This document shows, piece after piece, positions 41,901 to 51,997 of a stretch of DNA of 64,000 bases. The notes under the pieces were generated by a model, which was not told where the DNA came from, ran no database searches, and worked only from the letters and a program-made list of their open reading frames with translations. This DNA comes from Euprymna scolopes (lineage: Eukaryota), in the NCBI GenBank assembly GCA_053919585.1, contig CM132805.1. The stretch is one strand, 5' to 3'. Position 1 is the first letter of the stretch; each line of letters opens with the position of its first letter. A program made the translations under genes and the position numbers.

Positions 41901-42499
41901 GGTTGGAACAGGTTCAATCTGGTTTAAACCGGTTCAATCCGGATTGAACCGGTTTGGACCGGTTTGGACCAGTTCTATCCGGTTTCAACCAGTCTAATCC
42001 GGTCTGAACCGGTCCTAGCCTGATTTAACTGAGGTAGGAGTAAGCATTATATCATATTTCATCTTGTCACTGGCATAGTTATTACATACATCGTGTGTTT
42101 CATATGCGACAATGTAGGCTTAGGTGTGCGAAAGCTCCAATTAAGGGTGTCAGCCATTTTCCTAGCATATAAAAACATGGAGGCATCATCTAGTGCGTTT
42201 AATTAACTACATAGTAGCGGCCGGTGGGACCCATTTCTTTACAGTTTCAAAGTAGGTGAGACAGAATTCACTGGTCCGAAATAGTTTGATCAGTTTTTGC
42301 TAATGGGTTGAAATGAGTTGAAATGGCCTGAACCGGCTTGAACAGGTTTGAACCGGTTCGATCCGGTTGAAACAGGTTCGATCTGGTTTAAACCGGTTCA
42401 ATCCGGCTTGAACCGGTTCGGACCGGTTTCATCCGGTTTCAACCAGTCTTCTCCGGTCTGAACCGGTCCGAACCGGCCCTAGCCTGATTTAACTTTGGT

Positions 42500-43220
42500 C
42501 TGATTTAAGGCTTCTGATCCTGATTCTTTCTGATCTTGACCAGTTTAAGACTTCTGATTTTGATTCTTTCTGATCTTTACCAGTATAAGACTTCTGATCC
42601 TGATTCTTTCTGATCTTGACCAGTTTAAGGCTTCTGATCCTGATTCTTTCTGATCTTGACCAATTTAAGGCAACTGATTCTGATTCTTCCTGATCTTGAC
42701 CAGTTTAAGGCTTCTGATGCTTATTTAAGGCGTCTGATCCTGATTCTTTTTGATCTTGACCAGTTTAAGACTTCTGATCCTGATTCTTTCTGATCTTGAC
42801 CAATTTAAGGCTTCTGATCCTGATTTTTCCTGATCTTGACCAGTTTGAGGCTTCTGATGCTGATTTAAGGCTTCTGATCCTGATTCTTTCTGATCTTGAC
42901 CAGTTTAAGGCTTCTGATCCTGATTCTTTCTGATCTTGACCAGTTTAAGGCTTCTGATCCTGATTCTTTCTGATCTTGACCAGTTTAAGGCTTCTGATCC
43001 TGATTCTTTCTGATCTTGACCAGTTTAAGGCTTCTGATCCTGATTCTTTCTGATCTTGACCAGTTTAAGGCTTCTGATCCTGATTCTTCCTGATCTTGAC
43101 CAGTTTTAGGCTTCTGATCCTGATTCTTTCTGATCTTGACCAGTTTAAGGCTTCTGATCCTGATTCTTTCTGATCTTGACCAATTTAAGGCTCTGATCCT
43201 GAACAGTTTAAGGTCCTGAT
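42500..43220 (+). repeat. 40-bp minisatellite, about 17 copies
   Basis: Unit TGATTCTTTCTGATCTTGACCAGTTTAAGGCTTCTGATCC, with two half-unit irregularities near 42720 and 42860. Confidence 0.97.
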
Positions 43221-43490
43221 TAAGTTTCCATTATCAAACGTTATGCTCCTGAACTTCTATTCTCTCGAAATTATTCAATCTCTGTTTAGCAAAATCAGGT
43301 TTCCTTTCTTGTTAGAAACTGTCCTCTGTTGTCGCTACCTTTAAAAAATGTTGGTGATCGTCCTGAAGTTTCTGACATTATTAGATCTCTTCTTTCTGAT
43401 CGAAGCTTTTGAGTAACTATGGATGGTATCTCTTTCTTTCTCTTTTCCTATCAATGCTGGTGTTCCTCAGGGCTCTACTCTAGGCCCCTC
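43212..43490 (+). mobile_element. Degenerate CR1/L2-group LINE ORF2 (reverse transcriptase) fragment with internal deletion
   Basis: Manual translation across frameshifts gives GPD*VSIIKRYAPEL / ILSKLFNLCLAKSGFLSC*KLSSVVATFK ... IIRSLLSDRSF*VTMDG ... INAGVPQGSTLGP. GVPQGSxLGP is the hallmark non-LTR RT motif. Confidence 0.85.
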
Positions 43491-43662
43491 TTGGGATTTG
43501 TACACAACTGACCAACAAATAAATAAATCCAACTACACTAAGTTTTTTTTTGGGGGGGGTTGTCTCCCCCACTAGGAGATAGTTCAGCAAGTTCTGTGTT
43601 CACGGTAACATCAGGATTTGGCCTTCAGGTCAAGATCAAAAAAAAAAAAAAAAAAAAAATTG

Positions 43663-43690
43663 CACACACACACACACACACACACATACA
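43663..43690. repeat. (CA)n microsatellite preceded by an A-tract
   Basis: Read directly from the sequence. Confidence 0.95.
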
Positions 43691-44325
43691 GAAATTGTAT
43701 ATATATCCTTTTTGCAAAAACGCTGGGGTTTTTCATTAGTTTAGAGTCCACAGAGTGAATGAGGTATTGTGGTAAATGTTGCCAGTCAAGAGTAAAGTCG
43801 CCAAAGACTCCAATTTTTACTTTAGTTACAAAGACCCTGCAATACTCTCCCTCCCCAGATCTTATAGGGGCTTGTGCCTAAATTTGTATTGTCTTTTGGA
43901 GATTTTACTTTTTTAAATGTTTTAATGTTATATTGGAATTTTTTTTTTATTGTAATTTTTTCTTTAAACAAAATAAATTAAATATGAAGATCAAGGTGTA
44001 GTATCTGTTCCGGCAGATGCTGCAATCAAAGACCATATGGGGGGGGGGGGAACCCCACATGTAAGAACATTGTTCTTGTAGCAATCAGTTATTGGTCAAT
44101 GTAGGGGAAACCCTTCATACCAATTGTCACTATCCAGTTCCCCTACTCTCCGGGGAGTTAGTCCCCCTTATCCCCAATCTCTCCACATTAAAAAACGACC
44201 TTGTGTCTAATTTGCTCAGTGGGGAAGCAAATAAATACTGTTCTTCAGACGCCACACTTCAGTTTCTTGTTGTCTCTCACAGTAAATCCTTCACGACGGA
44301 GACAATTTTTATTCCTTTTCTCCAC

Positions 44326-44357
<32 letters not shown>

Positions 44358-44419
44358 GACCCTGGTGTCTAACTCTGTCCCGTGGAGATCAGGGTGTAAT
44401 ATTTACAAAGATAGTTGAT

Positions 44420-44530
44420 AGTAGTAGTAGTAGTAGTAGTAGATAGTATACCAGTGTACCACAGTCGATGCACGATTTTTTTATCCCTTATAAATTTAAG
44501 ATTTGTAGTAGTAGTAGTAGTAGTAGTAGT
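44420..44530. repeat. Two (AGT)n microsatellites
   Basis: (AGT)n runs at about 44420-44443 and 44505-44530; these produce the poly-Ser in the ORF track. Confidence 0.9.
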
Positions 44531-45309
44531 GGCATTGTTCTTTCTGTTATAATTGTTATACTTTTTATTGCTCTGGATGATAACAGTGGTAATAGTAGCG
44601 AGGAGGTGGAGGATAAGGGGGAAGTGGATTGTGATTATAGCAGACGCAATCAGATTATTTGATATATCAACGTAAAAAGGTCAAAATTAAGCTTTATCAT
44701 GTTTGTTACTAAAATGTCTGCTATTCTTGGATTATAAGTCTTGAAATAATGATATTTAATATTGGTAGTAATATTAACCATAAATAATAATAATAACCAG
44801 CAGGACCTGTGGAAATTCCCCAGTTGTATCCTTCATCTGTTGTTCATCGCTATCATGTTTGGTTTAACGGCCATTTTACATACTTGCATATATTGGACAG
44901 CTTCAACTAACCTATCTCTACCCAGGTCTTTATTTGTCCTTTTTAGTATTAAATAAATATTAAACCAAGAACTCAAGTAGTCTTAATTTAAGATTTAATC
45001 TTCCTCTGATGTCATCAGATTTAAAATCCGTCTTTAAGACTTACGTTACATATATCCCTTAAATCATTTTTATAATATTTCCCTTCTACCAACATGTCCG
45101 AAACTCTCACTGACCTGATCTCAATTTCATACATCATCACATTGTGCTTAAAGGTAAAGGATCCCAATATATAACAGACGCTTTCTTTACCTTAGCCCTA
45201 ACGAAGCCATGAACTCCCAACACAAATTAGCACAAGAGCTCCAGCAGTTCAGATAGATACATATGCATGCATAAAGTAAAGAATCAAGACGAACTTACCT
45301 TAGTATCAA

Positions 45310-45375
45310 TTCACAAGCTATGAAGGATTTTGGAAACACTTCAAGGAGTGCTTCAACCAACTGCCAACACTCCGC

Positions 45376-45412
<37 letters not shown>

Positions 45413-45930
45413 TCTCAAATGCTGATTACTATGACAAATAACATCCTTATCGAGAGCACATTTTTCAAGCTTCTTAGCCAAACATTCATAGATGGTAGGA
45501 ATTAGAACAAATACAGTGAGAATATTTCCAAGGCTGCTACAAAGTAGGTGGGCTCCCTCTACTGTGTTAGAAAATTACTCACACCAAAGAGTATCCTATA
45601 TCTTTACAAGGCCACCATTGCCCTTATGCATGGGATATTGTTGTCACATCTGGACTGGTGCATCTACCACTAGTCTTTCACTTAAAAAAAAAAAAAAAAA
45701 AAAAAAAAAAGCAGCCAAGCTCCAACCTCTGTCCCATCACCACAATGTCGCATCCCTATGCCTGTTTCACAAGTACTTTAATGGAATATGCTCTGATGAA
45801 CTCATAGCACTCCTTGATGTCCCAAGTAACCAACAAGCAGCAAAATCCCACCCTTTCACTGTTGAGATGCTGAAAAGCCATCTTCTCTAATAGTTTCTTA
45901 TCTCAGACTGGTATTGGAATTCCCTCTATT
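45310..45930 (+). mobile_element. Decayed CR1/L2-group LINE ORF2 fragments (mainly C-terminal region)
   Basis: Peptides CMGYCCHIWTGASTTSLSL and KLQPLSHHHNVASLCLFHKYFNGICSDEL match the RPxMEYCCHIW...LQPLSHRRxVASLxLFYKY pattern of invertebrate CR1-like ORF2. The 5' boundary is approximate. Confidence 0.8.
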
Positions 45931-46689
45931 TCCCTTACAAATTAACTAAACGCAAACAATTATCCTGCAGGAATTAGAATAACAGGTGTGACCTGTGACT
46001 CTTCTGGGATTGTTTATAGCTAGGCTCACCGAGGTCAGTAGACCATGCTATAGACAACTGTCAAAATATTTTCTAGAATCTGGGAACACAAATATATCTC
46101 TGATGAGAAAAAGAGATAGAAACTTTAACTTAGAATTTTTACATGCAGAGTGGCAGAAATCTCAATACCTGATAGTGTCAGGTAAAAGACAGTGCAAGTT
46201 AGCAATTTGCTTCTGCTAACCAAAATAATCTATGCCATTCTGAGAGAGCCACCCAGACTTTGAATCATTGTCACCAACTAAAATCGTCCAGAATTCTAGA
46301 ATCAAAAACCAATCCCAAAACATTAAATACAAAATACAATAATATATTTTTCTTCCTCTAACTCAATATTGTAACATTCATTCAAATAATTATTTTCATA
46401 AAAAAAAAACAAAAAAAAAAACAGATCAGCCGTTGACTTATCAATTCTTATTTTGTGCTTCAAAGAATGTTCCTATTTACAATGCCTCCCCACGGGAGAG
46501 AGTTAGACACCAGGGTCTTTTTTAAACTCTTCAATGGTATTGCTCTGATGACCAATGCTGGATGATTGCCCTCTTTATCTGGACGAGAGCAGTAATCAAC
46601 GAACCAGGACTCTTCAACATCCAGTCTTTATCCGAGCAGCAACCTTTTTGCAAGCAGAATACAAAGTGACCCACCGAAAACGAAAAATG

Positions 46690-47249
46690 GTCAACAAGGA
46701 GTTGAGGTGCATTTTCAATGGTGCCACTAGTAAAACCAGAGGCTATTCTCTATCTCTACAAATCTACTGTTAGACCATGTATGGAGAACTGCTGTCATTT
46801 CAAGGAACTTGATAAATTGCAGAAATATATTTGCAATTTGATTGGCCCCACTCTTTCTTCTTCACTGCAACCTCTTTCTCACAAATGTGATGTTGCTAGT
46901 CTCAGTCTTTTCTATAAATATTATTATAGCATGTGTTCTTCAGAATTGTCTGATCTATTCCTTGCTTCCTTTGTTCAAGCTCATTTGACTCATTGGTCTA
47001 GAGGTCTCCATCAGTTCGCTGTAATACAACTTCCTATTCCAGTAGCTTCTTTTCAAGGACTGCAAAGTTGTAGAACTCTCTTCCTGCCGACTGTTTTCCT
47101 TCTATCTAAAATCTTGGTCTTTTCAAGACTGAGGTCAATAGGCATCTCCTGTCTTTGCGATAATCAGCTTTAGTTGTTGTTAGCTCCTTACATCAAGTGG
47201 CCTTGTTTCTAGAGATTTCCAGAAAAAAAAAAAAAAGAAGAAAAAAAAA
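46690..47249 (+). mobile_element. 5'-truncated CR1/L2-group LINE 3' end with A-rich tail
   Basis: ORF 46718-47173 reads ILYLYKSTVRPCMENCCH...LDKLQK...LQPLSHKCDVASLSLFYKYY...CSSEL. It is followed by a short 3' UTR containing CAAGTGGCC and an A-tract at about 47223-47249. Confidence 0.88.
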
Positions 47250-47574
47250 TGTATGCCACACATCTGACACGCATATTTTACTGCCGCTGACCAAAGAGAA
47301 TTAGAGAAAACAAAAATTCATTTTTAATTAAATTCTTTCATTATTAGAGATTAAAAAAAAAAAAAAATGTTGGGTGCTTATAGAGATGGTTACACATGTG
47401 AAAATCGCACATCCAAAGCAATTAACAGGAAAACTCTTTTATATACTTATCAGGCAAAAATACGATTCTAAAACAAAAGTGAGAAAAAAATTATTGAATA
47501 GAATTTTAATTAAAAATAAAAACCAGTTTTATCTTATTTTATCGCATTGATAAAAGCAGAAATCTTGTAAAGCA

Positions 47575-47650
47575 AGGGGAGATAAGTCAGTGTCATTTAA
47601 CCAAGTACTAATGAATGACAGGTGGGCAAATTATGAAAACAATATTTTTA
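47575..47650 (+). repeat. Dispersed repeat, second copy at about 49921-49995
   Basis: GGGAGATAAGTCAGTGTCATTTAACCAAGTA(C/A)TAATGAATGACAG(G/A)TGGGCAAA occurs at both sites in the same orientation. Confidence 0.85.
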
Positions 47651-48128
47651 ATCAAAATTTTGTTTGATCATTTTTCTTAATTTTTGGTGAGAATACTTAT
47701 TTTTTGCATGATATGCACATTTATCAAAGAGTGTTTTTTTTTTTACTTGTAATGCGATTTTCACACTTTTGTCAAATATTATATAACCACCGAAAGCTGA
47801 AATTGGAGCGGATCTTTTTAACAATTACTTCTACAATAGATATTTTTAAGATGAAAAAATATGTAGCACACATTTTATCGCCACCAGCCACCAGAAAAAA
47901 AAAAGAAAAGAAAAAAAATGTTACAAAAAAACAAAAAAAAACACGGAATAAAAATTTTGTTGATATTAATTAGAGAACATTTTTTTATGTTTGATTTTAT
48001 TTTGAAAAAAAAAAAAAGAAAGAAAGAAAAAAGAAAGAAAGAGGGTAACACCTGTTACATTTACAATAATTATTACACAACAAAGACAAAAAACAAGAAT
48101 GATAAGTTAAGATCAATAAAAAGAATGC

Positions 48129-48719
48129 GGGTTTGTATTACTGTACACATAGATTGGAAAAAGTTGTCAAAAAACAAATAACAAATAAATGTTATCAAAG
48201 GCAAGATAAGTTACTTTTCTACCAAACTGGATATATTTTTTGTGTTTTTATTCAGTGTAACATGTTTATTCAGCTCGAAAAACATGCAGTGTTTACCGAT
48301 GTATTGGAAAATTCAAAATGGCGGCCGACTCTCTCTCAGAGAGGGTAAGTTTGGGAAAAGGTATTATAAATAATAAACTAGACAAAATACTGTTAGAAAT
48401 TCGCTCAATATATGTTACCTTGACATAAGTTGACATATATTCGGTTGTTTTTTAATAGTATTTTGTCTAGTTTATTATTTATAACATCTTTTCCCACACT
48501 TACCGTGTTAAAGAGAGAATAAGACGCCATCTTGAACGTTCCAATACATCGGTAAACACTGTATGGTTTTCGAGCTGAATAAACATGTTACATTGAATAA
48601 AAACACGAAAAATGTATCCAGTTTGGTAGAAAAGTAACTTATCTTGCCTTTGATAACATTTATTTGTTATTTGTTTTTTGACAACTTTTTCGAATCTATG
48701 TGTACAGTAATACAAACCC
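48129..48719. mobile_element. Foldback MITE (591 bp, almost wholly palindromic) with 8-bp TSD AAGAATGC; Mutator/Foldback-like
   Basis: Termini GGGTTTGTATTACTGTACACATAGATT ... AATCTATGTGTACAGTAATACAAACCC, with arms of about 290 bp. AAGAATGC lies at 48121-48128 and 48720-48727. The superfamily call is an inference from the long TIRs and TSD length. Confidence 0.93.
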
Positions 48720-49164
48720 AAGAATGCATATTCTCTGGAGTTATTCATGATTAATCGGGCATTATTTTTTTTTCGGAGTCTCAACTGATATGGCCAGTTT
48801 TCAAATAGATTTCTTTTTGCCAAACGTATACAAATTGCTTTTTGTTTTTGTTTTTTTTTTTTGGGGGGGGGGTATTTCTTTTTAGCACTGTTAGCGTTCA
48901 CATCTTTTTTGTCTTTAAAATTATTTTTCAGATTGTTATTCATTAAGCACCAAATTCTCTGATCATAAATTTCTTTTTTATGGTATTTTTTTTTAAATTA
49001 ATTGTTCAATTTTTTTCTCTCAGTTTGCTGTGTAATTTTAAAAAAGAGGGTGATATTTCCCAGAGCATTTCAACTAAAAATTTTTTTTTTTTTTTTTTTT
49101 TAAATCATTTCCAAAGAAAATTTTTAGATTTCTAATTTTAAGGGTTTTTTTTTGTTTGTTTGTT

Positions 49165-49800
49165 TTTTTATTACTCTTATTCACTTCCGAAGAAGGCACA
49201 GGGCCACTTGAACGTAAGGGGCTATTATTTGGGGTCATATCTACGTGAACACTATGTAGGGAGTTAAGTAGAGCGATGTCTGTTAATATTCCACTTGAAC
49301 TCTTCATGTTAATACAGTCAGGGAAGCTGAGATCCGGGAGGAAATTCCAAAGTTTAGTAGTTTGAATGAAGAAACTATTAGAGTAAAAAGAATCTGTACT
49401 ATGTGAAAGGGTGGGATTTTGCTGTTAGGTTAGTTGGAGATATTCACGTCAGGGAGTACAAGTGCTGCGAGTTCAGAGCACATTCCACTAAAATACTTAT
49501 AAAACAGCCCAGTGATACAACATTGCAGTGATGGATGGGATAGAGGTTGGAGTTTGGTTGATAGTGCGGGATCTATTCAGATTGGAGACATATATGGAGT
49601 CTGTGTTAGAGGGAGAGACTAGTGATAGATGCACCAGTCCATATGTGGCAGCAATACTCCATGCATGGTGGCTTTGTAGAGATATAGGATAGTGTCAAGT
49701 GGGAATAATTTTCAGGCCCAACTTTTTTTTTTTTTTTTTTTTTTGCAACAACCTTGGCAATGTCTTCATTGTATTTGTTCCAATTCATGTTGAGTTTGAA
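49165..49800 (-). mobile_element. Decayed CR1/L2-group LINE 3' end, same family as the 45.5-kb copy, inverted
   Basis: The minus strand encodes PCMEYCCHIWTGASITSLSL. It shares CACAT.TGGACTGGTGCATCTA.CACTAGTCT with about 45645-45680. The 3' UTR contains CAAGTGGCC and ends in an A-rich tail near 49165. Confidence 0.85.
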
Positions 49801-50529
49801 TGTAGAGCTTTCAGGTAGGTTGTTATTAATCGTGAAAATAGGCAGGAAGGTTTCTTGTAAATTTTTATTTATTTTTTTATCAACCATATTTTTTTTTTTT
49901 TTCAACTATTGATAAGAGCAGGGGGAGATAAGTCAGTGTCATTTAACCAAGTAATAATGAATGACAGATGGGCAAAATATGCAAACAATATTTTTTTTAA
50001 TTTTTGGTGAGAATATATGCACATTGCAAAGTCTAGTAGTTTGCAGGAGGGGTCTAGTTTGTTATTCAAATGATTCCCCCGATTAAAATTTTGGAAATGA
50101 AATTATTTTAGATAATGATTAGTAAAAAAAAAAAAATAAATAAATAAATAAAATAAAAAAATAAAATAAATAAAAATAAAATAAAAGGACTATTTTACAT
50201 TTAACTCTGAGAAAACAAATAGATCGTTTTTGTTTTGAGATTTTTTTTTCTATTGTCTGAATATTTGGTTCTTAACGGTCAACAATCTGAACGTTGTTTT
50301 TTTTTTTCTTTTTTGTTTTGTTTTTTTTTCAAAACTGTTAAAACATGCTTTTCACTCATTTTTTTAACATTTACAAATGTATTAAACAATTTTCGAGTTT
50401 GAATACAATGTTAATATTCATACAAAAGAAAAATTTATATTTTTGATATTTGCTATAAATATTGAAAAAAATATATAAATAAAATAATAGGATCTAAACA
50501 GCTGAAAAAACATTAAAGACAAAAACAGT

Positions 50530-51288
50530 TTGGTTATAGTCAGCTAACATACTTCCTAACTTCCAGTATAACAGAAGCGATGACAAGGCAAATTAATTCA
50601 TTCACTATTTTCTCTCACACCTATATTTCCCCTGTGTATGTACTTTTTATTACATTTTTCCCGCTCTTTTTTTTTTTTTTTTTTTAATACTCGTGAAAAG
50701 TTTTTTTGGTTTTATTTTAATTAAAAATTATTGAAACTATTTACTTTTATACATTTTTCAAATAAAATAATTTTTGTTTTTTTGTTTTTTTAGGTATTTT
50801 TAGAAGGCTAGAACAATGCAGTCGTGAGAAGATAAGTAAATAAATAAATGAATGAATAATTTAATTTTTTTATTTATTATATTTTTTTTAATAATATAAT
50901 AATAAATAAAAAAGGAAAAAAAAAAATTGAATTATTTATCATTCATTTATTTATCTTCACACAACGACTGTACATTTCTGCACTGTCCTTGCCTTCTAAA
51001 ATACCTTTTATTCTCTAACAATGCTTCAAGCAAACTACGACATACTTCTTACTTTTTTAATTTTTTCTATTACAAGTGCAAATAAGACTAATTGTGTTAT
51101 TTTTATCTGTATAATTTTGTTAATTTTTATTTTATAATTTTCATTAATATCCTTTTCTCATATTTTATTTCAAGAAATTGCTTCAAAATAGAAAAATACT
51201 GAAGAACAAGAAAAGTAAATTTGCCTTGTCACCACTTCCGGTAGTGCTAGGCCGGAAGTTACAATATAAGTTAGTGGCTATAACTAAA
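50530..51288. mobile_element. Old, diverged foldback (long inverted repeat) element centred near 50900
   Basis: Outer pair: GGTTATAGTCAGCTAAC...TGACAAGGCAAATT versus AATTTGCCTTGTCA...GTTAGTGGCTATAACT. Inner pair: AGGTATTTTTAGAAGGC (about 50792) versus GCCTTCTAAAATACCT (about 50991). No clear TSD. Confidence 0.7.
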
Positions 51289-51518
51289 TTTTTATATAAA
51301 TAAAAACATTAAAAAAAATTTTAAGCTTTGTTAAAAAATAAATAAAGATCAACATTTATACAATGACTTTTTGTTTTTTCCATAAATTCACCATTTTCAA
51401 GTTGGATATTTTATGTTTTTTTCAAAACAAAGTTCCAACAGGCATTTATTTTTGAAAATAAGGCTTTTAACTTGATCTCTCTTTTTATATTTAATAACAA
51501 CCTACTAGTACATTTCTC

Positions 51519-51997
51519 GGTACTTGTACAGTTTAAGCAAGACATTAAAAAATTAAAATATCGAAAAAAGGTTATATTTTACGTATCCGTTATAAAACGA
51601 AGTTCTCTGAAAAAAAAATTTCACTTAATTTCATCAAGTAGTTTTTTTTTTTACAGCAAAAAAAAAAAAAACAATTTGTTATGATACCGATCAAAAAGTT
51701 CGATTTTTAGGAAGAAAAGCTAGAATTAAAGATGGGAAGGGAGTGTCGGCACTTTACATTGAGTTATCTCCCCATGGCATGTTGTTCAGCTTCAGTAAAT
51801 TTCACAATGGCTGACTTCAACGCACTCTCATAAGAACGTGTTTTTCGCTGTAAAAAAAAAAAAAAAAAAAAAAAACTACTCGATCAAATTAAATTAAAAA
51901 TTTTTTCGGAGATCTTCAATCCAAAACAGATACGTACAATATAACCTTTTTTCGATATTTTCATTTTTTAATGTCTTGACTAAACTGTACAAGTGCC
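51519..51997. mobile_element. MITE (479 bp) with about 160-bp TIRs and 8-bp TSD CATTTCTC; Merlin-like termini
   Basis: Termini GGTACTTGTACAGTTTA ... TAAACTGTACAAGTGCC. CATTTCTC lies at 51511-51518 and 51998-52005. Ends GGTAC/GGCAC fit the Merlin GGNRM terminus with an 8-bp TSD. Confidence 0.9.

Larger units (their letters stand above)
1..42494. repeat. Satellite DNA array, 546-bp monomer, 79 complete copies plus partials; continues beyond the window's left edge
   Basis: The landmark CTAGCCTGATTTAACTGAGG recurs at 91, 627, 1173, 1719, 2265 ... 41501, 42015, with a final partial at 42479. Spacing is mostly 546 or 536 bp. Copies are near-identical. Confidence 0.99.

Noticed and set aside
1-42494. 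CRISPR-like array (palindromic repeats with intervening sequence)
   Set aside because: The intervening 316-bp segments are identical rather than unique spacers, the sizes are wrong, there are no cas genes, and the context is eukaryotic.
44092-44956. ORFs with poly-Lys, poly-Ser or poly-Asn
   Set aside because: They derive from A-tracts and (AGT)n/(AAT)n microsatellites, with no coherent splice or domain evidence.
48133-48943. Two ORFs with nearly identical peptides on opposite strands
   Set aside because: A by-product of the MITE's inverted arms.
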